Source: an uncultured virus (IMG/VR IMGVR_UViG_3300012971_000927) (taxonomy: Duplodnaviria > Heunggongvirae > Uroviricota > Caudoviricetes). Taken from it: a stretch of 64,000 nucleotides of DNA. Positions 48,059 to 58,088 of this stretch are shown here, piece after piece. A program made the translations under genes and the position numbers. The stretch is taken from IMG/VR virus record IMGVR_UViG_3300012971_000927; one strand, given 5' to 3'. The notes below the pieces were generated by a model. The model saw only the letters and a program-made list of their open reading frames with translations, was not told the origin of the DNA and did no database searches. Each line of letters starts with the position of its first letter. Within the stretch, counting starts at the first letter, position 1.

Positions 48059-48134
48059 CCTTTACAACACCCCCTATCCTGCTATAGAATTAGCTTGGAG
48101 AGCGTGAATTCCTTCCTCCTGACAAGGAGCCGAC

Positions 48135-48997
48135 ATGAATGACCTGGACCAGTACGACGTGCTTGTGAGGGAACGTGACGGGCGTGGCGTTCGCGCCCGC
48201 ATGGGGCCTTACACCAAGAAGCAGGCCGACAGCATCGCCAAGTTCACCAAGAACTACCCCACCGAGGTTGTCGAGCATGATTCCGACGCCTGCCGCAAGG
48301 CGAAGGAGGCGAAGGCCAATGGCGCTAACACTTGACCGCCTTCGCAGCCTTACGACACAGGCGCACGCCAGGGCCGAAGCAGCCCGCACCGTTTCCGAAC
48401 AAGCCGCACAACAGAAGGCCAGGCAACGGGCCAAACGCCACCGTTTGCTTGCCGATCAGATCGTTGAAAGAATCGAGCTTCGCGCCGAGAAAGCCGCGCT
48501 GCGCGAAGAGCGGGAATGCGTGGTCATGCGCCTTCGCAACCCCCGCGACTATACCTACGCTGCCCCGGTACGGCCAGAAACCCTGATGGGGGTCGCCCGG
48601 TTGGTCTGGGACGACTTGGCCCATTTGCCGCTTCATCTCCGCGAGTGGGATGACGGCGTGGGCATCAAGGGCGGCTGGGACATCGTGCTGCAATGGTAAT
48701 ACATAGCAGCAGCTTCAACAACAAGGAGAATCCATGAGCAACCCCGCTACGACGGCCAAACCGCATCACTACCAACTGCGGGACAAGGCCAAGAACACCT
48801 TCCTCACCTACGACGACCTGTTCCCCGACCGCGAGGACGAGACGCACGGCGATCAGGTGGCGATGTGTCTGGAGGAGGAGAAGGCCCACGACCTCCGCTT
48901 CAAATATGAGCAGGAGTTTCGCCAGGTGGGTGCCGATGAAATCGAGATCGAGGTCGTCGCCTTCTCTGCCGCCGGGCATGAGATCGGCGTGTCGTAA
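48135..48997 (+). other. Three small hypothetical ORFs (48135-48335, 48319-48699, 48734-48997)
   Basis: RBS AAGGAG/GGAGG; promoter at 48061-48090. Confidence 0.55.
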
Positions 48998-49081
48998 TAT
49001 AAGAACCAGGACCGCCAACCCCAGGGAAAGGAGCGATCAATGTGCATCTGCATTCCGCCCATAAAGAACAGGAGCGCCACC

Positions 49082-49639
49082 ATGAGACGCCATGTCAAAA
49101 CCCCGCCCAAGTTCGTGATCCTCGCGCTGGCCGATGAGTTGTCATTCGCGGACGCCGCCGACCTGATCGGGGTCCACGAACGCACCTTCTCCAAGTGGTA
49201 TCACCACGCCCTGCCCGACATCGAACACCGCTCCGGGCCGCGCCCCATCGAGCCGCCGCCCAAGCGCAAACTGCTCGCCATCCTGCGCACCCACAGCAAC
49301 CAGGAAACCGCCGACTATTTCAGTGTCGGCTATAAAACGCTCGCTCGCTGGTTACGCGAGTATGAGATCGAAGACCGCCTGTTCGACCAGGATGAAATGA
49401 TCTCGCTGGCCGAAGCCGCCCGCACGATGAACGTCAGCCGCATGGCGATGAGCAACTGGTTCCGTGCGGGCCTTATCCCCGGTGCGCGGAAACTCAATGG
49501 CACCAGGGTCATGGTGCCGGCCTCCAGCCTCCAGACTCTCCAACTGTGGCGCAATCAAAACGACGGCGAGCCGGTATATAACGCCGGCAGCACCTACCGT
49601 CGTTCCGCCGCCCTGGCGCTGCCGCAAGAAATCACCTGA
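49082..49639 (+). CDS. Multi-HTH DNA-binding protein (excisionase/MerR-like C-terminus)
   Basis: FADAADLIGVHERTFSKW, ETADYFSVGYKTLARW, LAEAARTMNVSRMAMSNW. Confidence 0.7.
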   Translation: MRRHVKTPPKFVILALADELSFADAADLIGVHERTFSKWYHHALPDIEHRSGPRPIEPPPKRKLLAILRTHSNQETADYFSVGYKTLARWLREYEIEDRLFDQDEMISLAEAARTMNVSRMAMSNWFRAGLIPGARKLNGTRVMVPASSLQTLQLWRNQNDGEPVYNAGSTYRRSAALALPQEIT

Positions 49640-49652
49640 GAATTGGAGGACC

Positions 49653-49976
49653 ATGATCGAATGCTACAAAGTTCAAGTACGGCTGAGGAAGGCCGATAGA
49701 AGCACAGGCTGCCTGGAACAGTTCTTTATTTCGGAGGCCGTTCCGAGTGAAGCTGTCCAGGCAGCCGTCGCCTGGGCGAAGAACAGGTTGGAATCTCTCA
49801 ACGACCTGTATAAAGAAATCGAGGCCGTCGATCTGTGGAGGTTCAGCATCGAGACGCCCCAGCCCAACGGAATGATCGGCTCCCGCAATTTATATTCCGT
49901 GTTCTCGTGGCAGAAGGGTGATGCCGACTCCCTCGATCAAAAGCTGGATAGCCTGTACGCCCAGGTCGTTTCATGA
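49653..49976 (+). CDS. Hypothetical protein
   Basis: RBS GGAGG. Confidence 0.55.
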   Translation: MIECYKVQVRLRKADRSTGCLEQFFISEAVPSEAVQAAVAWAKNRLESLNDLYKEIEAVDLWRFSIETPQPNGMIGSRNLYSVFSWQKGDADSLDQKLDSLYAQVVS

Positions 49977-50314
49977 AAAACTTGCGTCAGGGCGACTTGT
50001 CAGCAGTCTCGCCAACTGAGTTATCGGTCGAAGGTCGCTTAAACCAGTGAGTGGTCGTAGTCTGACAACATCGACCACTTTGCGAACCGTCTGAGGCCGC
50101 TAGATCGCCCCCTGCCCGCCGGGAAGTGGACACCCGGCGGTCGCCCACAGTCCTGGCCCGCCCAAGAAAGTATCAGGGGCCGAGCCGATACCCTCCACAA
50201 GTGGAAGCGAAGCCCTATGACCAGGGGGAAGAGAGAAACGGTGCCGAGGTTTATCTCACGAAGCCGGCCCGTTGCCCCCTGCGAATAACTGCCACTGACC
50301 TGGCGCAAGCTTTT
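49977..50314. ncRNA. Candidate ~335-nt structured non-coding RNA
   Basis: Ends pair (CTTGCGTCAGG 49981-49991 with CCTGGCGCAAG 50299-50309) and enclose several hairpins; fills the largest gap between credible genes. Confidence 0.5.
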
Positions 50315-50386
50315 ATTTCCTTTACAACGGCCCGCACCCGTCACTATAGTGCGTTGGTAGGAAACCCAAGGAGATCAGGAGTGACC

Positions 50387-53300
50387 GTGAAACACCCGTT
50401 TCTCGCCGTGGACCGCGCCAAGCTGAAGACCCATCGCTTTGACAGTGCCGAACAACTGGCGACCTTCCTCTGGGGCAAGCGCATCGAGCGCTATATCATC
50501 CTCAAGGATGAGCGCAAAGTGGTCCACCTGACCCAAGCCGATGTCAAGGTGATGACCCGGCAGCTTGAAGCCGCCTAAAAACGCCAGGACGCCCACAACG
50601 CCCAGGGCAGCCTGGGTTTTTTAATTTCAGGAGGAAATTGAGAACGATCCGACCTTTCGGGGGCGTAACAGGGTGGACCGAGACTCTACCTTCACCGGAG
50701 GCAAATATCATGCCGAAGCACCGCTCCCGCGTCATCGTCGTCAGCGACGTTGACTTGCGCATCATCAGCACCGACACGCCCGCCCAAAACTACGGCAACG
50801 GTCGCGTCCGCAAGGACGTGTACCTGGAGGGCAGCGTCTATATCAACGGCAAGGAATTGCCCTTGCGCTGCCATCTGATGAACAGCGACGGCAGCATCCC
50901 CCGTAACGAGGGGAAGTGGTACGTCAAGGTGGACGTGAACGAGAAGGAAAAGCCCAAGGATTGGTGTTTCGTCGGTGCCGACAACACCCTGCGCTATTTC
51001 CAGAAGGAATGCCCCCTCTGCGACGGCGGGCAGGGCTACGAGGACCACGGCCAGGTCGCCCAGGCGGTCGCCGCCAAGGTCTACGCCTTCGTGGAAGCGC
51101 TCGGCTACCAGCCCGCCGACTACGACGGCCTGCTATCCCACGTCGATGTTCACGCCGATAACGTCGAGAACCTGCCCGCCGGCCCCACCAGGCGGCGCGG
51201 TTATATCTTCCAGCACGAATACCGCCATCGTATAAAGTGCCCCGTCCACGGCACTATCGAAGTCAGCGAATTCGAGGCTGACGGAGACTGATTCCCCTAA
51301 CCCTGGAGACACCGACCATGACCGACCGACTCAAGGAAACCAACGTCGCCGCCAGGGCATACCTGCTGGCCAAGGCCCATTTCGACAACACCTACCTGGG
51401 CTGGTGGGTCAACGACGTGCAGCCTTGCGACGACGACACCGGCTACAAGCTGCTGGAAGAATTCAAGCAGTACGTTGAAACTTTCTACTTCGGATACAAG
51501 CGCCATGACGTGGGCGTGAAACACGCGGCCAACGAGTTGTTCCGCCGCCACCGCACCGGCGAGTCTGCCTGGACCTACGAGCAATTGGCCGGCTTCGTCA
51601 AGTGGTACGACCGCATTCACCACAAGGTCGGCAGGGGCATCGGCCACCTGTTCGACTACCACGGCGACGGGTTCAGCGACCTTTGCGATTCGCTGCCGCT
51701 CGCCGGCAAGGCCATCATCGAGCGCTGCCTGGCCTCTCACCCCAAAAGTAATAAGCCGAGGCGGGAGGGCTTCTTGGAGGAAAACGAGATCGGTGAGGCC
51801 ATCAAGGAAGCCTGCGGCGAGAAGTGGCAGCAGTTCATCGTCCACGGCGAGAACTACGTCGAGATGGCGCTGAGCGACCAGGCCAAGAAGTGGTTCGTCC
51901 ACAACCTGTTGGGCGACCATATCCCCGGCGTCGAACCGTACACCGAGGAAGAGCAGGAGTTGCTGTCCCACCTGGACCACCACGACGACTAACCGGAGCC
52001 AACCGTGCGACGACCGATACCGCGTTACTTTACCCACGCCCACAACATCGAGGGCTGCCTTCGCAACGGCAGCTTCGTGCGCCAGACCGGCCAAAAACTG
52101 GTCCAGTACATCAACGGGGACTTCATGGGCGAGATTTTGGCCGTGCCGGAGTCCATGACCGAGGTTGACGCCGCCCTGGCCCTGCGCCTGCTGCCCAAAG
52201 TGTGCGGCGGAAAATCGTGAACGCTTTCCCGTTCCAGGGGCGGGAAGGATGGATTCTTAACCCACAAACGGAGAACAGCCATGAGCAAGATCGACCGTTT
52301 CGACCGCGACAACCTGCGCACCCTTCGGGCCGACCTGGACGCCGCCCTCAACACGGTGGCCCAGAAGTACGGCATCAACCTCGCCCTGGGGACGGGGCGG
52401 TTCGACCCGGAGTCCGTGACCTGGAAGCTGACCGGCAACGTGGTCCGCAGCGCCAACGTCAAGACCAAGGAAGCGCTCGACTTCGAGCGCTACGCCGCGT
52501 CCTGGGGCCTGGAGAAGTCGGACCTGGGTGCGGAATTCACCCAGGGTCGCAAGCGCTTCCAGATCACCGGGGCCAAGCCGTCCAGCCACAAGTACCCGAT
52601 TCTCGCCAAGGAACAGCGCTCCGGCAAGACCTACAAGTTCTCGCCGGTGCTGGTGAAGATGTATCTGGGCAAGAAGCCCTCCGGCCCTGCCGTGGACGAG
52701 CAGTACGTCGTGGTTGAGGATGAGGGGCGCTATTTCGTGCTGGACACGACTTCCAACCGCCGGCTGCGTGGGCCGGAGCGTGACGGGGCTTTCAAGGACG
52801 AGGAAGACGCCCAGGACCACGCCGATATGCTGAGCATGGGCACCCACCCCGCCAGCGTCCCGCCGGGGTTCAACAACCGCCACGAGGATTGACATGATCT
52901 TCCGCACGAGCGACGGCTACACCCTGTTTCCCGTCAATGGCGAGTGGGTAGACAGCCCGGACCCGGAGAAGGTCGATCTGACCTTCCGGGCCGGGCCGGA
53001 CGGCCTGCCCGTTGACGACCTGGGCACCCCGTTGGAGGGAAAGATGGCGACGACCACGCTGGACCGTAAACAACTGACCGCCCTGGCCAACGAGTTGCGC
53101 GACCTGTGCCTGGGCCGGTGGGGGCCGACCAGGGAGCAACTGCTCGACGTGATCCAAAAGGCCCTCGAAGCGGGCAGCGTCGAACCACTGCGCCAGATCG
53201 ACCCGGAGGCACGCTGGGGCGTGGTCAGCGCCCAACTGGAAGAACTGCCCATCCATACCGATGACATGCCGGACGAGAGGCGGTGGTATTATTTCGTCCT

Positions 53301-55128
53301 GTCGGGCGGTGAGTGGTGGCCCTGCACCGGGGGAGAGGAAGTCAAGCACCCCGTCTACGGCCCGGTGCTGAACTACCGGATCGACTACGACAACGGCGAA
53401 TGCGAGAGCGGCCCGGCCATGCCCGGCCATTGGGCACATTGCAGCGCCGACCACAACCCGTGCATCCCTTACAAGTACGACCTGGAATGAGCGCACGCCG
53501 CAACACCGCCGTCGCCCAATGCTTCTGCTGCGAAGCGCCGGTCGCAGCCGGCAAGGGCTGGATTTACAAATACACGGTCGAGCATGACGGATTTAACCGC
53601 AGTACCGACGTGGTGAAGTGCGAGCTATGCAAGTCGCTGGGCATTACGCTCAAGCCGGCCCGCGAGCTACGCGATTCAATCAGTGAAATCTTCAAACCAA
53701 CTCAGGAGAACTGACGTGGACACCATGAAGTATCTTGTTGAGTGCAAGGCGGACAACCAGAAGTTCAACGTTCGCTTCGCCACCTACGACGAGGCGATGA
53801 CCTTCTTCCACGCCTTCCACGCTTCCGCCGATTTTCAAAACGCCGTGGTCAAGGAATGGGTGCCCCATCGGGGCTATTTTATCGCCCAACTTTGCCGCGA
53901 GCGCAACGTCCCGGTGACCGATCTACAGCCCAGCGAGCCGTTGGCCCCCAGCGACCTGTTGGGCGTGCCGAGAGAGGAGGGGGTCTGATGCGCCACCTGA
54001 TTGAATTCCGCGCCAACGCCAGCCTCCCCATCGAACGCAAGGGCATTACCGTTGCCTTTCACGTCGAGCGAGGCGCTTCGTGCGAGGCGGACGTGCGCTG
54101 CTATGTCATCAAAACCGATACCAACTATGTCGAGGTCGCGGACATTGAGATGCTGGGGGGCACGATCAAGGCCGTCCCCTGCCAGTCCTTTAAGTTCATC
54201 GACAAGGAACCTCAGCCATGAAAAGCTACATCGTGCAGGCTTTTTCTTTTACAAACAAAAGTGGCGGCACTGGCATGTGGCGCAAAGGCCAGAAAAACCA
54301 GTTCGACCCGCCGTTTAAGGGCACGGCCATCGTCACCGTGGACCGCGACTTCCACGACTATGAGACGGGCCGGCGCTGCATCGGCACCGCCAAGTCGCCG
54401 GAGTTGCTGGAGTACATGCGCAAGAACGCCCACCCCGGCGACCAGCGCGTGTTCTTCAGTGGCTTCGATATTGTCAAGGAAGAAGTCACCAAGGACGAAT
54501 TGGCCGACGCCCTGGAGCAGCTTTACCTCGCCAACGTGCGGGGCGTCCAATTCGGCACCGACCTGCGGCTCAAGGTCGCCAGAAACCTTCTGGTGGCCCT
54601 GGGCCGCACTGTGGAGTAAAATCATGCGCATGAGCAAGGACCGCTATGCCGCGCTGACAACCGGCGTGCCCTATAAACCAGGCCGCACGCCGAGCAAGCA
54701 GCAGGCCCGGTGGTTGCGGCGGCTCCCCAACGTGCGGGAACTGCGCAGGATGAACGGCAACCACGCTCGCACCGTTAAGTCCGTTATTGAGGCGGGCTGG
54801 GCCGAGTGGAAGGGCAGTGGGGATTGGGCCGACCTTGTATTAACCGAGGCCGGCAAGGCAGCCCTGGAGCGTTACCAGGCCAAACCAAAGGAGAAACGAC
54901 ATGCTCACTGATCGCCGCGTGGCTGAGATCAACGCCACGCTAAAGGGCAGCAAGGTGGACAAGGCCCAGGCTTACGACAAGGACGTGGCCGAGCTACTGG
55001 CCGAGGTCCAGCGCCTCAAGAACGACAACCGCCTGCTCAACACCGACAAGGACCGGCTGCGCGAACTGGAGCGGCTGGAAGTGGCATTGGCGTCGGTCGG
55101 CTACAGCCGTGGCCCGACTGCCGGCTGA
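50387..55128 (+). other. Run of hypothetical ORFs (incl. 50710-51291, 51318-51992, 52281-52892, 52894-53490, 54218-54619)
   Basis: Consecutive plus-strand ORFs with RBS; no recognisable domains. Confidence 0.6.
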
Positions 55129-55204
55129 ATTTGCTTTACGACTGGCCCTGCCGGGACGTAGGATAGACGCCGGGGGCATCACACAAACACCAAGGGAGAG
55201 AATC

Positions 55205-56302
55205 ATGGGGAAGGGTGCCATTCTCGACATCATCCGCGAGGCGCTGGAACACCTGCGCAAGCGGAACGACCCGTTCCACGAGATCGCCGCCGAGTGCGAC
55301 ACGATCCAGCGTGCCGTCACCGAACTGCGCAAGATGGACTCCAGCAAGGGCCAGTACATCGAACAACTCAAGGCGGACCTGGAGAAAGAACGCCAGGCCC
55401 ACGCGAAGTTAAGAAGCGAAGCCGCCAGCGTCGATGCCAGGATCAGAGACGCCAACCAGAAGGAACAGCAGGTCGCGGCCCACGCCCGATCCGCCTGCGC
55501 CCTGGCCCAGAAGATCATGGTGTTCCATGAAAACTTCCGCATGGAAGGGCTGGAGAAGAAGCTGGGGGAGGAGTACAGCAGCCTCAAGCGTTTCTGCCAC
55601 GCCATCGCCAAGGAAATCCAGACCAACTTCCGCAGGCGGCGGGATGTCAAGCCCGATGACATCATGGAACTGTTCGTCAAGCAGATGGACGCCGTGCAAC
55701 GCTGCGCCACCGACCGGGAGGATTTGATCTACGAGTCCTGTCGGCAAACCATTATCAACTTCTCGATCTATCTCGCCGCCGCCATCACCAAGTTTGGACC
55801 CATCGTGGTGGACGAGAACACCGAACTGGAGCCGATGGAGTTTGTCGTGGAAGGTGAGCCGCCCATTCGGTTCACCGTCCGCGCCAAGACCGAGGAGGAA
55901 ACCGCCCAGGACCAGGCCATCGAGTACCGGGCCAAGGTCAACAGCATGATGGACAGCGTGCGCAATTTCACCAACCTCAACCAGCCCAAGGACGAGGACG
56001 AGGAACCGGACCCCAATAAAGCCACCATCGTGGTGGACGACGACGGCCTGCGGCTCGTGGCTCGCCACCTTGTCCGTGGGCAGTGCGACAAGATCAAGCC
56101 GCCCCTGGACCCGGACACCAATATCCCCATCAACTACGTTGTGGAAAACGACCAGACCGGCGAAATGACGGTCCAGTGCGGGCTGTGCAAGAAGTCGCTG
56201 GGCACCTGCAAACTCAAGCAGGTCATCGACCACAACGGTCGCACCTTCAAGGCCAGCGAAATCAACCAGATGAAGCCGGAGAATGGCGAAAATAAGAAAT
56301 AA
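55205..56302 (+). CDS. Coiled-coil hypothetical protein with C-terminal CxxC
   Basis: Heptad-rich N-terminal half; promoter at 55135-55164. Confidence 0.7.
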   Translation: MGKGAILDIIREALEHLRKRNDPFHEIAAECDTIQRAVTELRKMDSSKGQYIEQLKADLEKERQAHAKLRSEAASVDARIRDANQKEQQVAAHARSACALAQKIMVFHENFRMEGLEKKLGEEYSSLKRFCHAIAKEIQTNFRRRRDVKPDDIMELFVKQMDAVQRCATDREDLIYESCRQTIINFSIYLAAAITKFGPIVVDENTELEPMEFVVEGEPPIRFTVRAKTEEETAQDQAIEYRAKVNSMMDSVRNFTNLNQPKDEDEEPDPNKATIVVDDDGLRLVARHLVRGQCDKIKPPLDPDTNIPINYVVENDQTGEMTVQCGLCKKSLGTCKLKQVIDHNGRTFKASEINQMKPENGENKK

Positions 56303-56311
56303 GGACGACAT

Positions 56312-57566
56312 ATGGCAAAGGCACGGATGCGCTATGTCTGGAAACCCAAGTGGGCCGACTTGCCCAAGGAACTGCCCAAGAATATAACGCGGAAGGAACT
56401 GTTGTCCGCCGAAGACGTGGTGGACATATTCCTCCGCAACCATTACTACTGGTTCACCGACCCCGACAACACCATGTACGACCAGAAGCCGGCGTACCGC
56501 ACCCTGCTGCTGGAATATCTCAAGAACGGCGAGCAAATCCCCGGCCTGGACTATTCCGCCGTGTACGCCATCGGCAAATTCAACAACGAGTGGCTTTTGC
56601 ACTTTGAAACGAGGCTCGTATGAACGAAGACGTGACCCACCTGGAAACCCTGATCCGCGACGGCAAGACCGAGGAGGCGCTTGCCCTGGTCGCCCGCATG
56701 AAGGAAGCCTTCAACACCAAAATCCCGGAGGGGCAGGCTCTCAACCCGGTCACCATCCGGGGCGTGCTGACTCGCGGCAGCGCCGACCCGGTAAACATCA
56801 CCCTGGGCCGGCTGTGGCTGTCCGAGAAGGACATGCGCCCGCCGGACAGCAAACCCACCACCCTGTCCAAACTGTGGCAAAAAGGCAATGACAAGGCCCA
56901 GCAAGGCCAGGCCGAGGGCATCGAGAAGTGCTTTAGCGTGGTAGTCTGGTGCGGCCCTGACAAGTACCCGCAGCCGCTCGCCACCGGCATCTTTGACGAG
57001 GACAAGATCATCGAGGCCCTGCGCCTCCTGTTTCCCAAGGGCGAGTTGATGGACAAATGGATTCTGGTCCAAAACGCCCTCAAGAACTTGCTTATGGGAT
57101 TGTAGTTTACAACCCCAAGTCCCAGGGGTAAAGTAACGTGTCCTTCGGAGCGATCACCATGAGCAAGCAGTCCTTCAACGCCGCCACCGTGCCCTGGTAT
57201 GCCCACCCCGACACCAAGCCGGTGCGCCCCAGATCGCCCCGGCCCCTGCCCGAAGACGTGCTGCGCGACAAAATCCGCAAGGGCCGCTACATCCAGGCGC
57301 TCTACAATTGGGTGCGGGCCAACTGGCAGGAAGGCGACTACTTCTTCATGCTCCCTTCCGCGCCCAGCCACTCCCAATATAACATCGCCAGCCGCTACGG
57401 CATCTTCCGCTCCATGAAACCCCAAGGGGCGATGTCGCGCATTTTCGTGGAGTGGCTGACCGAAGGACACAACATCAACCCGGAAGTCACCACGTTTTAT
57501 AAACACGCGGTCAAACTCGACGCCGAGGGCGAGCCAGTGGAGTTGCCGCCGGTGGAAGTCAAATGA
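56312..57566 (+). other. Three hypothetical ORFs (56312-56623, 56620-57105, 57159-57566)
   Basis: Coupled ORFs. Confidence 0.6.
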
Positions 57567-57799
57567 AGGACGTGCGGCTGATCTGTGAACCGAATGAATG
57601 GCGCTGGCCGGACGGCGGCACCGTGGCCAGCTTCCGCTCGTTCTTTGCTCACCTGCCCGCAAACGCCGCCGCCTTCGTCAACGGCAACCCGGCGGACGAA
57701 GAAGATTATGTCGAGCCGGGCGATACATTGGAATTCCTGCGGCTGTTCACCCGGAAAAGGACAACGTACCGCAGCATCGACGCCCATTGGGAGGTCTAA
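57563..57799 (+). CDS. Beta-grasp (ThiS/MoaD/ubiquitin-like) protein lacking a terminal Gly
   Basis: GGTV..., AFVNG....EDYVEPGDTLEF. Confidence 0.55.
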   Translation: MKDVRLICEPNEWRWPDGGTVASFRSFFAHLPANAAAFVNGNPADEEDYVEPGDTLEFLRLFTRKRTTYRSIDAHWEV

Positions 57800-57800
57800 A

Positions 57801-58088
57801 ATGTTCGCACTGGCGTTGTTGGTGATGATGCCCGCCGCCGAAGCGCCGGCCCTGGCCCAGAAAGCCTACTTCCGGGTGCTGATTGACGAGGGCAGCGTCG
57901 TCTATATCGACGGCGACAAGGCCAACATGCGGGGCCGCACCGAGCGCACTTTCCAAACGCCCTTTCTGCTCCAGGCCAGATATTACTACACCTTCAAGAT
58001 TGTCTACGCCTCTGGCCGCGAGATCAGCCGCCGCGTCTACTTCCAGCCCGGTGACAGTATCAAACTCGACTACAGGAGCGAGAAGTGA
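57801..58088 (+). CDS. TIGR03000-like (Planctomycetes) domain protein with signal peptide
   Basis: Signal-like MFALALLV; VYIDG...RTFQTP.L....YYYTFK...R.V.FQPG. Confidence 0.65.
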   Translation: MFALALLVMMPAAEAPALAQKAYFRVLIDEGSVVYIDGDKANMRGRTERTFQTPFLLQARYYYTFKIVYASGREISRRVYFQPGDSIKLDYRSEK

